From a bacterium (GTDB lineage Bacteria > UBP7 > UBA6624 > JBBIMK01), in assembly GCA_037444445.1 (NCBI GenBank), contig JBBIMK010000020.1:1-32000 (forward strand): DNA of 32,000 nucleotides. The letters are read 5' to 3'. The translations under genes and the position numbers were made by a program. Numbering within the stretch: position 1 is the first letter of the stretch; each line of letters begins with the position of its first letter. Positions 17,437 to 26,218 of the stretch are shown here, piece by piece. The notes beneath the pieces were generated by a model. The model was not told the origin of the DNA. It was given only the letters and a program-made list of their open reading frames with translations, and ran no database searches.

Positions 17437-20400
17437 ATGCGTTGGGGTGAAAAACGAGGATTTTTCTGGAGAATCTTCGGATTCACGCTCACTGCGATTC
17501 TCCTTACGAGAACAGAAGTTTTTGCATCTTCAGAGCCAGTTTATCATCAACTGACTGTTATGTTAAATCCTTCCAGGCACTGGTTGAGTGGCGCGGATAA
17601 AATTGTCCTGCCACGAGAAAGTCGCACTACCACCCGGTTCCGTCTGAATTCCGGACTGGATGTGAAAAAACTCCTGTTGGAAGGTGTGGATATGACGAAA
17701 AAAATAGTGAAACTGAATTCAGATAAAAGGTATATGGAATATCAGGTTCCCTTACCTCCAAAGGCATTGAAGGAAGACCTTCTTGCTCTGGAAGTCGTTT
17801 ATGAAGGAGAAATCTACGACCCGGTGAAATCGGATAAGGAACTGTCGTTTGTTATCGGCGACCGCACGACCGGCTTGATTGGTGAAGAAGGAATTTTTCT
17901 CACAGGTGAAACAGGATGGTATCCCCGATTTGACTATTCACTGGAGATTTACCGGCTACGAGCCAGGGTTCCCACTCCATGGGTGATTGTTTCTCAGGGT
18001 CAGGAAGTCAAGCAATCCCGAAGCGGTAAAAATCTGGAATATATCTTTTCATCAGATATTCCAGCAGATAGCCTGACGCTGGTGGGTGGAAAATATAAGG
18101 TTCATTCTCGCATGGCGGGCTCCGTTGCGGTCTCCACTTACTTTTTTGAGGAAGAGGAATCGCTTTCAGATTTATTCTTAAATAAAACAGCGGAATACCT
18201 GGAGAAATTCTCCGGGATTCTCACTCCGTATCCTTATAAAAAATTTGATATTGTAGAGAATTTCTTCACCACCGGGTATGGATTTCCATCCTTCACTTTA
18301 TTGGGGAGAGATGTGATTCGGATGGGGGAACGGGCATTACGCCCCGGATATTTAGACCATGAAATCGTGCACTGTTGGTTTGGAAATTATGTCTATTTTC
18401 CGCCAGGGGAAGGAAACTGGGTGGAAGGCTTGACCACTTACATTGCCAATTATTACACCCAGGAACTGGAAAGCCCTGAAAAGGCACGCGAATACCGCAA
18501 AGGTATCTCTCTCAAGTATTCTCTTCGCGTGTCGGAAAAAAAAGATTATCCGGTCCGAAAATTTGAGGGGAAAGAAGAGGATTATGAAAATGACATCGGC
18601 TACGGAAAGGCGAGCATGATTTTCCATCTTTTACGGGATATGACGGGGGATGAAGAGTTCTTTTATGCCTTGAGAGAATTCATTGGCCGATATGGCGGAA
18701 AATACGCCACCTGGGAAGAGATAAAAAAGGTCTTTGAGGAGTCTATGCGAGGAGAGATTCCCTGGTTCTTTCACCAATGGTTAGACCGTGCTGGCCTGCC
18801 TCAACTCCAGCTTCAGGATGTTCAACTAAAAAAAATAGGGAGCGAGGAAGAAGGTCAGTCGTCACACAGGGAATATCTCATTCAGGGCAAAATTGTTCAA
18901 GTCGGTGAACCCTATATTCTGCCCGTGACATTACGCATTCAATTGACCGGGGGGTATCAGGATTTTACCCTCTGGGTGGACAAACAGGAAGTTCCCTTTC
19001 AGTATTTCGTAAGGAGTAGGCCTGTGAAAGTGGAGTTGGACCCGGATTTTGTGATCCCTCGCAAAATCCCCGGGTCAGAAATCCCTCCCTCTTTGAATTT
19101 CACCCTTGAATCCGGGCCTTTGAAGATTGTTCTACCGGGGAAAATGAGTGAAAAAGCCAGAACTCAGTATCAGGCTATTGCTGAGCGTGCTCATCAATTT
19201 AAGGGGGGAGTGATTTCACAGGATTCGGAAATCTCAGAGGAAGGATTGGGAGACTTCTCATTTTTGGTTCTGGGCTCACCTTCAGAAAATACTTTTCTTC
19301 AGAAGATTTTACAGAAATATGCTGATGAACGAGTAAAACTGGAGGAGCGGGGATTTCAGATTCAGGGAAAATCCCACTCGGATGCCGGCGAGAGTGTGTT
19401 GATTTCTTTCAGAAATCCATCGGGTTCTCAGCACTCAATCACGGTGTATTACGGTCTTTCGGATGAAGCGATAGGGAAGGCCCGTCTGATTTTTTACTAC
19501 GGCTGGGAAAGCTGGGTAATCTTTCAAAACGGCACACCGGCGGAAAGAGGCACCTGGGAAGTTCTTTCACCCACAACTGACTTTACATTTTCATTTCAGC
19601 CCTCTCAAGAAATTAGCGGAGAAAATTTAGAAAAAACATTGAATAGTTTAACGGCTCCTGAAATGGAGGGTAGAATGGCAGGTTCACCGGGAGCAGAGAT
19701 AGCCGCTTCATTCATCCAAAATTTTTTGACGGAATCTCAACCGTTTCAAATCACGGTGAAAGACTTGGCACCGGATTCTTTGTTCAAAATTGGACGGAAG
19801 GGAAGCCTGCAGTCCATTCTATTTTATCCCTTCTATTTTTCACCGGAAACTGGAGATAGTCCTCTGGATTTCAACCGTCTCTTCTATGCAGGCTATGGAA
19901 GCGACACAAAGGATTTCAATAAAGATGCAGAGGGGGCGCTGGTTCTGATTGAGGATGGATTCCCTCCTGGTTCCGTTACTTCTATGGAAGACTCCCCGAA
20001 GGCTTTATTCAGCAAGATACGGAGGGCGCAGGAGCAAGGCGCTCAGGGTGTTCTGCTTTTACTGCCGGATACATCTACTACTTTTCCCTCGTCCATGATT
20101 TCTTTCCCATCCCGATTATCGCCCCCTGATGAGAATAAGCGAAGAGAAGAGGAAAGGGCTGGAGAGGGAAAGGATTTACGCCTGAAAGTGATCAGTGAGC
20201 ATTCTCGTATGCCCTCCCCTGATTTTCCACTTCAAATCCCGGTCTTGGCTGTGGAAAAAAAACGGATTCTGCCTGTGCTTCCTGCCCTGGTGAAGGGAGT
20301 GTTAAAAAATCGGGTTGCAGAATTGAAAATTCACTTTACCCGGGAATCAATTCCCTGTAAGAATTTGCTCGCAATACTGCCAGGGAGCGACCCTGAAAAG

Positions 20401-20994
20401 ACAAATGAATCTATTGTGATTGGGGCTCACTATGACCACCTGGGAATGAATAATCGGAAAGAACCCTATCCGGGGGCAGTGGATAATGCCTCCGGAATCG
20501 CCGCTCTGCTGGAACTGTATCGCTTATTTGTAGAAAACCCTGTAAAGCCGAAAAAATCCCTTATTTTCGTGGCGTTTGACGGAGAGGAATGGGGGCTTCA
20601 GGGCTCTTCCTATTTCACCGAAAATTTTCCTGACCTTTCAAAAGTGGCCCTCATGCTCAATATAGATTCCATTGCTGGAACTTCCGAGAAAAGCGTTTAT
20701 CTCATCGGTCAGTCTTATTTCCAGGATGTCGCCTATGCAATCAAGGAAAAGGCTTCACAGATGGGCTTTGAGATAAAAGAGGATATTGACCGTTATGCCT
20801 ATCAATTCGGAAGTGACTTCTACCCATTTTACTTGAAAAAGATTCCGGCGGTCGGTTTTTTTGACGCCAACTATCGGAGTATCCATAAAGTTACTGACAC
20901 GTTAGCCCGGGTCTCTCTGGAGAAACTGAAGCAACTTGTCCTTTTCTTTTATGAAATCATCTACGATTTTGCAAACGACCCCCTAACACAATAA
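17437..20994 (+). CDS. Secreted fusion peptidase: M1-like gluzincin domain plus PA domain plus M28 aminopeptidase domain
   Basis: The signal-like N-terminus is FFWRIFGFTLTAILLTRTEVFASS. HEIVH (18358-18372) with E 18 residues later (WVEGLTTY) gives the M1 HExxH-x18-E motif. The C-terminal third has M28 ligand motifs AHYDHLG, DNASGIAALLEL, FDGEEWGLQGS, LNIDSIA and IHKVTDT, with a PA-like insert (GALVLIEDG..AQGVLLLLPD). The ORF track starts at GTG 17428, but ATG 17437 has the better SD spacing. Confidence 0.85.
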   Translation: MRWGEKRGFFWRIFGFTLTAILLTRTEVFASSEPVYHQLTVMLNPSRHWLSGADKIVLPRESRTTTRFRLNSGLDVKKLLLEGVDMTKKIVKLNSDKRYMEYQVPLPPKALKEDLLALEVVYEGEIYDPVKSDKELSFVIGDRTTGLIGEEGIFLTGETGWYPRFDYSLEIYRLRARVPTPWVIVSQGQEVKQSRSGKNLEYIFSSDIPADSLTLVGGKYKVHSRMAGSVAVSTYFFEEEESLSDLFLNKTAEYLEKFSGILTPYPYKKFDIVENFFTTGYGFPSFTLLGRDVIRMGERALRPGYLDHEIVHCWFGNYVYFPPGEGNWVEGLTTYIANYYTQELESPEKAREYRKGISLKYSLRVSEKKDYPVRKFEGKEEDYENDIGYGKASMIFHLLRDMTGDEEFFYALREFIGRYGGKYATWEEIKKVFEESMRGEIPWFFHQWLDRAGLPQLQLQDVQLKKIGSEEEGQSSHREYLIQGKIVQVGEPYILPVTLRIQLTGGYQDFTLWVDKQEVPFQYFVRSRPVKVELDPDFVIPRKIPGSEIPPSLNFTLESGPLKIVLPGKMSEKARTQYQAIAERAHQFKGGVISQDSEISEEGLGDFSFLVLGSPSENTFLQKILQKYADERVKLEERGFQIQGKSHSDAGESVLISFRNPSGSQHSITVYYGLSDEAIGKARLIFYYGWESWVIFQNGTPAERGTWEVLSPTTDFTFSFQPSQEISGENLEKTLNSLTAPEMEGRMAGSPGAEIAASFIQNFLTESQPFQITVKDLAPDSLFKIGRKGSLQSILFYPFYFSPETGDSPLDFNRLFYAGYGSDTKDFNKDAEGALVLIEDGFPPGSVTSMEDSPKALFSKIRRAQEQGAQGVLLLLPDTSTTFPSSMISFPSRLSPPDENKRREEERAGEGKDLRLKVISEHSRMPSPDFPLQIPVLAVEKKRILPVLPALVKGVLKNRVAELKIHFTRESIPCKNLLAILPGSDPEKTNESIVIGAHYDHLGMNNRKEPYPGAVDNASGIAALLELYRLFVENPVKPKKSLIFVAFDGEEWGLQGSSYFTENFPDLSKVALMLNIDSIAGTSEKSVYLIGQSYFQDVAYAIKEKASQMGFEIKEDIDRYAYQFGSDFYPFYLKKIPAVGFFDANYRSIHKVTDTLARVSLEKLKQLVLFFYEIIYDFANDPLTQ

Positions 20995-20997
20995 AAC

Positions 20998-22029
20998 ATG
21001 GAGGAGAAGATGGAGGAAGAAATAAAAGAAATAGTGAAAGAATGGGGTGTGTCCGGGTATGAGAACCCGATTCGCACTTTGCTGTATCACAAGGTGGAGG
21101 ATATGGGCAAGATTCGGGTGGATCCGGTGGGAAATTTGTGGCTGACTCTCGGGAAAGGGGAAAAGAGGGTGGCATTCCTGGCACACCTGGATGAGTTGGG
21201 GCTGGTGGTTTCCAGATTGACCTCCCAGGGAACAGCGAAATTTAAGAAAGTAGGCGGGATAGATGACCGAACTTTACCCGGTCGGCATGTGGAACTTCTC
21301 ACGAGCAAAAATCGGGTTCTGGAAGGGGTGATTGGGCTTCCCCCTCCCCATCTTATGGTGGACCCACCTTCCGAGATGAATAAGGTTATTCCCTGGCAGG
21401 ATATGGAGGTGTACTTTGGAGTGAACAGTAAAAAAGCCTTAACAGAGTTAGGGGTTTCCGTTCTTGACCCCTTGCGGGTCAAGAAAGATTTCTTCTCGCT
21501 ACCTAACGAGCAGATTGTCTGCCGGGGCATGGATGACCGGATAGGGTGTTATATCCTGCTGGAATTGGCGCGAAAAACCTCAAAATGGAAGTTAAACTTT
21601 CAATTGGATATAGTCTGGACGGTTCAGGAGGAGTACGGGCTACGAGGTGCTCGGGCTGTGGCACGAAATACTTTTGATGAAGTGTATGTTCTGGACACGA
21701 TTTCTTCCACTCAGGGCTGTGGGGCTTCCATCCCTTATACGGAAATTTTTTTGGGGCAGGGGCCGGTTGTCCGCTTCATAGACCGTGCTGGAATTTCTTC
21801 CCCAGCGCTGATGGAAAAAGTGAAGAAGGTAGCGAAAAAGGCCCAAATTCCTTTACAGCGTGCAGTGAGTGGGGGCACCACCGATGCTACGGCTGTATTT
21901 GAAGGGGGTTCCCCCGCAATCTCCATTGGCATTCCCATAGCCTATACGCACAGTGCAGTAGAAATTTGCAGTTTGAAAGATGTAAAAAATACGCTGCGCC
22001 TTTGTGGACGCTTGCTGGAAACTTTTTAA
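20998..22029 (+). CDS. M42 family peptidase (FrvX/CelM-type aminopeptidase)
   Basis: 'AFLAHLDELGLVV', 'CRGMDDRIGC', 'VQEEYGLRGA' and 'GGTTDA' are M42 metal-ligand blocks. It starts 3 nt after the upstream stop. Confidence 0.85.
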   Translation: MEEKMEEEIKEIVKEWGVSGYENPIRTLLYHKVEDMGKIRVDPVGNLWLTLGKGEKRVAFLAHLDELGLVVSRLTSQGTAKFKKVGGIDDRTLPGRHVELLTSKNRVLEGVIGLPPPHLMVDPPSEMNKVIPWQDMEVYFGVNSKKALTELGVSVLDPLRVKKDFFSLPNEQIVCRGMDDRIGCYILLELARKTSKWKLNFQLDIVWTVQEEYGLRGARAVARNTFDEVYVLDTISSTQGCGASIPYTEIFLGQGPVVRFIDRAGISSPALMEKVKKVAKKAQIPLQRAVSGGTTDATAVFEGGSPAISIGIPIAYTHSAVEICSLKDVKNTLRLCGRLLETF

Positions 22030-22045
22030 CTTGTCTTCAAGTTTT
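22028..22045 (+). terminator. Weak hairpin plus T-run after the M42 gene
   Basis: AACTTG-tctt-CAAGTT is followed by TT(C). The stem is AT-rich, only 6 bp, and overlaps the 3' coding end of the convergent gene. Confidence 0.2.
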
Positions 22046-23188
22046 CGGTGTGCTGGTGGGTATAGGAGAGTAGCGCAGGAGGCAACCGATACAGATTTGC
22101 TTAAGGAAGGCGGTGTCATATCGGATGGGGCGAATCACAGCCCCCTGGGCAAAGGCTTTTTCAACGGCCTCTGCCACAACATCCGGAGTTAAAACAGTAG
22201 GAGACCCACAATACTGGCAGTTCCCAAAATTCGTGAACAGGGCTTTACAATTTTTGCAAATATAACCGTTGAGATGGTAGTCCTCTGAGAAGAGAAGGGT
22301 GTGGATGTTGGCTCCATTCAGGGCTTGAAGCACAGGGGCAAGGCCTATTCGCCCTTGCCTGCCCGCGGAAGATTCCTGCTTCAGGGATTCTACGAGGCTT
22401 CTTTCCTCTGCCTCCTCAAAACGGCGAATAAGAGGTTCACACCGCTGGAGAATTTCCTCTTTCGATTCATCTCGGTCTACCCGGATGACTCCGATAATTC
22501 TGTTGGATATGGAGGATGGGATGGCGATTTTGAGAGCACTGACCACATCCTCACTCCCCCCGAGGATGAGATGATGACAGAAGCGTTTCTGAAGCAGGGA
22601 AGAAAGTTTTTCAGCCACTTTACGCGCATGGTGCATCAGGTGAGCAGAGATATGCCGAGCCATACGCCCTTCCTCTCTACCCTCATACCCCCCTGCTTTT
22701 ACCTTCTTCGGTACTTCACTTTCCATTTCTTCAAGGGATTCAATATCACCCAAAAAAAGTTCATAGATGGAGGCGCCCTTTCGGTCAATCACTCCCACCA
22801 GATAACGCCGGTAAGCCTGAAGTAAAGTTAGAAGAGGGGAGACATAAGGCGTAGAATTTACGACCAGGCGATTCGGAATATAGGCTCTTAATGGGTAAGT
22901 CTTCCAGAGGCCAGCTTTGCTGGAGGAAAAAATTGCCACGGACCGATGGGGAAAATTCAGAGGCATCTGATTCAAAAAAGTTTGAATCTGGCGTAAATCT
23001 TTTTCTACCAAAGGTTTCACAGATTCCTGCACCTGGGTTTTGATGAGGTTCTTTAAGACAGTGCGGTATTCACCTCTGGGGTAAGTTTGATGGTCTACTC
23101 CGAGATAAACGCTTACGATAGGAGTAGAACTTTTCAGCTGTGATAACTCTCTAACTTGCTGTAGTGTGAGCAATGCCCATCCCTCCAA
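22037..23188 (-). CDS. Archaeo-eukaryotic release factor (eRF1/aRF1/Pelota)-like protein, bacterial 'baeRF'-type, with a zinc ribbon
   Basis: 'PIVSVYLGVD' near the N-terminus. The block 'VIDRKGASIYEL..VPKKVKAGGYEG..ARKVAEKL' parallels the aRF1 M-domain block around GGQ. The C-terminus '..GCLLRY' resembles aRF1 '..AILRY'. CKNC-x12-CQYC lies at nt 22208-22258. There is no ATG start: either TTG at 23188 or TTG at 23173 preceded by GGAGGG. Confidence 0.6.
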   Translation of the reverse strand: MEGWALLTLQQVRELSQLKSSTPIVSVYLGVDHQTYPRGEYRTVLKNLIKTQVQESVKPLVEKDLRQIQTFLNQMPLNFPHRSVAIFSSSKAGLWKTYPLRAYIPNRLVVNSTPYVSPLLTLLQAYRRYLVGVIDRKGASIYELFLGDIESLEEMESEVPKKVKAGGYEGREEGRMARHISAHLMHHARKVAEKLSSLLQKRFCHHLILGGSEDVVSALKIAIPSSISNRIIGVIRVDRDESKEEILQRCEPLIRRFEEAEERSLVESLKQESSAGRQGRIGLAPVLQALNGANIHTLLFSEDYHLNGYICKNCKALFTNFGNCQYCGSPTVLTPDVVAEAVEKAFAQGAVIRPIRYDTAFLKQICIGCLLRYSPIPTSTPKT

Positions 23189-23383
23189 TTTAGAAAAAGA
23201 GGGAGTGGAGTTTGAAGCCCCCCTTCAAGGAGGAGGTGGGGGGAGAGAAGGCCAGGCTTCATACCACTCCCTTCATATAATTATAACTCAGAAATAAAAA
23301 TGGTAAAAGTCAGGAAATAATTGGATGGACATACGATAGATTTCTTATTAGAGCAGTAAAGAAGTATGATAGACTAAAAGCGG

Positions 23384-26158
23384 ATGAACAGGGGGATGGT
23401 GGTCTTAATGTGTTGCATTTATATGGCAGAAAGTGCAGGAGTAAGCGTGAAGCATGCTTTCGGATTTGAGGGGCTTGTTCTGTCGCTCAAAGAAGGAAAA
23501 TGGAAATTCGCAATAGATGAGAAGAGAGAAGGAATTGTGAAAGGATGGTTTAAACCGGAGCACGATGTCTCTAACTGGGATGAGATTCAGGTGGGGCGTT
23601 CATGGGAGGGACAGGGATATAACTATGATGGTTGGGCGTGGTACCGTAGAGACTTTCTTCTCTCAAAGGAATGGGCAGGGGAGAAAGTTTTTGTCGTATT
23701 GGGCGGTGTAGACGATGAATATGAAGTTTATGTAAATGGAGAAAAGGCTGGAGGCAATGGAAGTTTTGAACAGGGTATTTCGGTATGGGATACCTATACT
23801 TATGTGGAAGTTACTCCCTGGATTCACCGGGAGAAAACCAATATTCTGGTCATCTGGGTCAATGACTGGGGAGGATATGGAGGATTACGGAAAGAACCAG
23901 TGGCAGTGGTAAGTGACCCGAGAATTTTGATGCCACCGGAAGATTTTATCAAAATATATGCCCGGGAACACACCGATTTGCCCCTTCCTTACTGGGCAAC
24001 CGGAAAGGGAATCGCATGGACGATGACCGGGGTGGACGAAGGGGTGGAAGAAATTCTGTTAAGCCATGACGGGGCTATTGGAGCCACATCCTTTCCATTC
24101 ACCATTTCTGGGTGGATTTTAAGCCGCACAACCGGGAAACTGTGGGCACCAGAAAATCTTCAATCATCCCAGCCTTCCGCCTCATTGAAAAACGGATATC
24201 TCCCTCTCCTTCAATACGCTTTTCTTGCCGATGGTTTCCGAGTGGAATCCGAAGTCTTTGCTAATTCTTACGGCGACCCGGATGAGGATGGAGTGGCATA
24301 TATCCTTTACAGAATCGCGAATAATTCTAAAGAAAACCAGGAAGCGGAGTTTCTTCTCGTCATCCGACCTTATCTGGTGAATGGGAAAATCGGCCAGGTG
24401 ACCTCCGTGAGGTTTGAAGGTAATTCCGTGTTCATCAACGACAATTTCTTATTGTTGTGCGAGGATGTGCCATCGGGTTCTCTGACTTCATCTCTCTTTG
24501 AATCCGGAGATATTTCACAGGATATTTTCACGAAAAAGCCCTCGGTCTTCATCACCGATGAGCGTGGGTTAGGCATGCTTGCACTGCAGTATCCGTTGAA
24601 CACCAAACCCGGGCAGGTATTTACTTTTCACTTTCGGTTGCCCCTCCGGCCCCGAGAAGAATTCCCTCTGGCGTGGTTGCGTTCTATGCGACTCCATTCC
24701 TTTGCAGGTGAAGAAGCAACAGTTTCTGCTTACTGGGAGAAGTTACTGGAGAACATCCCCTTCCAATTCCCTGATGAATCTCTAAATCATGCGTATAGGG
24801 CTTCTATCGCTAATATCTTAATTGCTATGGACAAAGGGATGCTCCATCCCGGCCCCCTGGCTTACAGTTTATTCTGGTACAGGGATTCTGCTTATATGAT
24901 AACTGCCCTGTTGCAATCTGGATTCGCTCCACGGGTCAAAAATATGCTTCCCCATTTTATGAAAGCCCAGCTGGAGTCCGGGGAATTTCCCTCCATATTT
25001 GATTTGAATTACAAAAATGTGGGGTGGCAGGAATGGGACGCCCAGGGGCAGGCTCTTTACTCTATGGCCCAGTATTACCGTTTCACGAGAGATAAGGAGT
25101 TCATACAAGAGCACTGGCAAACTCTCGTGAAGGGCGCAGAATTTTTAAGGAAAATTCGGAAAGAGCGATTGAAACCCGAATTTGAAGCAACAGAACGATA
25201 CGGAATCCTGCCTCCTTCAGTTTCCGCAGAAGACCTGGGACCCGGAGACTGGCATCATTATTGGGATGATTTCTGGGCTATCCGAGGGTTGAAAGATGGA
25301 GCATTCCTGGCAAGAGAATTGAACGATGATGCCACCAGCCAGTGGATGGAGAAGGAAGCACAAGAACTCCTCCACTGGACAAAGCATTCTTACTCGCTCA
25401 TCATGCAAAAACAGGGAATAGACTGGATAGCCAATGGTCCGGAAGATTGGACTGGCTCTTCCATGGCAAGAGGCACAGGAGCGGGATTATGGCCCGGGGG
25501 CGCGCTTTCACCCGGTGACCCGGTGGTGCGAACCTCTTTCCAGCGCTATTATGAAAAATGGATACAGCCGTTCGGTGGAGCCTATCTTCATCAGGGGCGT
25601 TTCTGGCCCTACGGGCTTGAACTGGCCCTTGCGTATGTGATGCTGGGGCGGAGAGAAATTGCTTCTGAAATCCTGAAGTGGCATCTGGACCATCAAACAT
25701 TCCCCGGCACCTTTTCCTGGGCGGAACAGATTGACCCCAAAACCTTCAAGTTTCTATCCGGAGATATGCCCCACTGCTGGGTGGCGGCTGACCTTCTTAA
25801 CCTCCTGCGCGGAATGCTGGTGTATGAGGAGGAGAATCGTCTGGTGTTAATGGCAGGCATTCCACGAGTATGGCTGGATTCTCACCAGACGATTCAACTC
25901 CGTGATGCCCCCACCTACTTCGGCAAACTTTCCCTTGCCCTTTCAGTAAATCGTGAACAGGAAGAACAACGCATCCGGATAGCAATCACTGGCGATGCCC
26001 GTCCAGAAGCAGGATTTCACTTCCGTCTGCCCATACTACCTGAAGAAGTTCAATCTATCCTCGTGGAGAATGAGCCCATACATCTTCAAGCAGATGGTTC
26101 CTTCACAATTCCTGGCGCTGCTCATCAGATTCTGATAACTTTGAACCTTCCACGATAA
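23384..26158 (+). CDS. Glycoside hydrolase-like protein: N-terminal galactose-binding jelly-roll plus (alpha/alpha)6 six-hairpin domain (GH15-like)
   Basis: 'WDEIQVGRSWEGQGYNYDGWAWYRRDF..VVLGGVDDEYEVYVNGEKAG' resembles the GH2-type sugar-binding domain. 'LFWYRDSAYMITALLQSGF', 'EWDAQGQALYSMAQYY' and 'HYWDDFWAIRGL' are six-hairpin glucoamylase-like blocks. The exact start is uncertain (ATG at 23384, 23396 or 23426). Confidence 0.7.
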   Translation: MNRGMVVLMCCIYMAESAGVSVKHAFGFEGLVLSLKEGKWKFAIDEKREGIVKGWFKPEHDVSNWDEIQVGRSWEGQGYNYDGWAWYRRDFLLSKEWAGEKVFVVLGGVDDEYEVYVNGEKAGGNGSFEQGISVWDTYTYVEVTPWIHREKTNILVIWVNDWGGYGGLRKEPVAVVSDPRILMPPEDFIKIYAREHTDLPLPYWATGKGIAWTMTGVDEGVEEILLSHDGAIGATSFPFTISGWILSRTTGKLWAPENLQSSQPSASLKNGYLPLLQYAFLADGFRVESEVFANSYGDPDEDGVAYILYRIANNSKENQEAEFLLVIRPYLVNGKIGQVTSVRFEGNSVFINDNFLLLCEDVPSGSLTSSLFESGDISQDIFTKKPSVFITDERGLGMLALQYPLNTKPGQVFTFHFRLPLRPREEFPLAWLRSMRLHSFAGEEATVSAYWEKLLENIPFQFPDESLNHAYRASIANILIAMDKGMLHPGPLAYSLFWYRDSAYMITALLQSGFAPRVKNMLPHFMKAQLESGEFPSIFDLNYKNVGWQEWDAQGQALYSMAQYYRFTRDKEFIQEHWQTLVKGAEFLRKIRKERLKPEFEATERYGILPPSVSAEDLGPGDWHHYWDDFWAIRGLKDGAFLARELNDDATSQWMEKEAQELLHWTKHSYSLIMQKQGIDWIANGPEDWTGSSMARGTGAGLWPGGALSPGDPVVRTSFQRYYEKWIQPFGGAYLHQGRFWPYGLELALAYVMLGRREIASEILKWHLDHQTFPGTFSWAEQIDPKTFKFLSGDMPHCWVAADLLNLLRGMLVYEEENRLVLMAGIPRVWLDSHQTIQLRDAPTYFGKLSLALSVNREQEEQRIRIAITGDARPEAGFHFRLPILPEEVQSILVENEPIHLQADGSFTIPGAAHQILITLNLPR

Positions 26159-26218
26159 CGCAAGGAAACAGGTGAAAGGCAACCGAACGGGCAAAATTGT
26201 GGATGGCGGTGATGTGAT

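Noticed and set aside
22301-22825. 174-aa plus-strand ORF.
   Set aside because: It is antisense to the eRF1-like gene, whose frame carries coherent domain-level motifs. I recognised no motif of its own.
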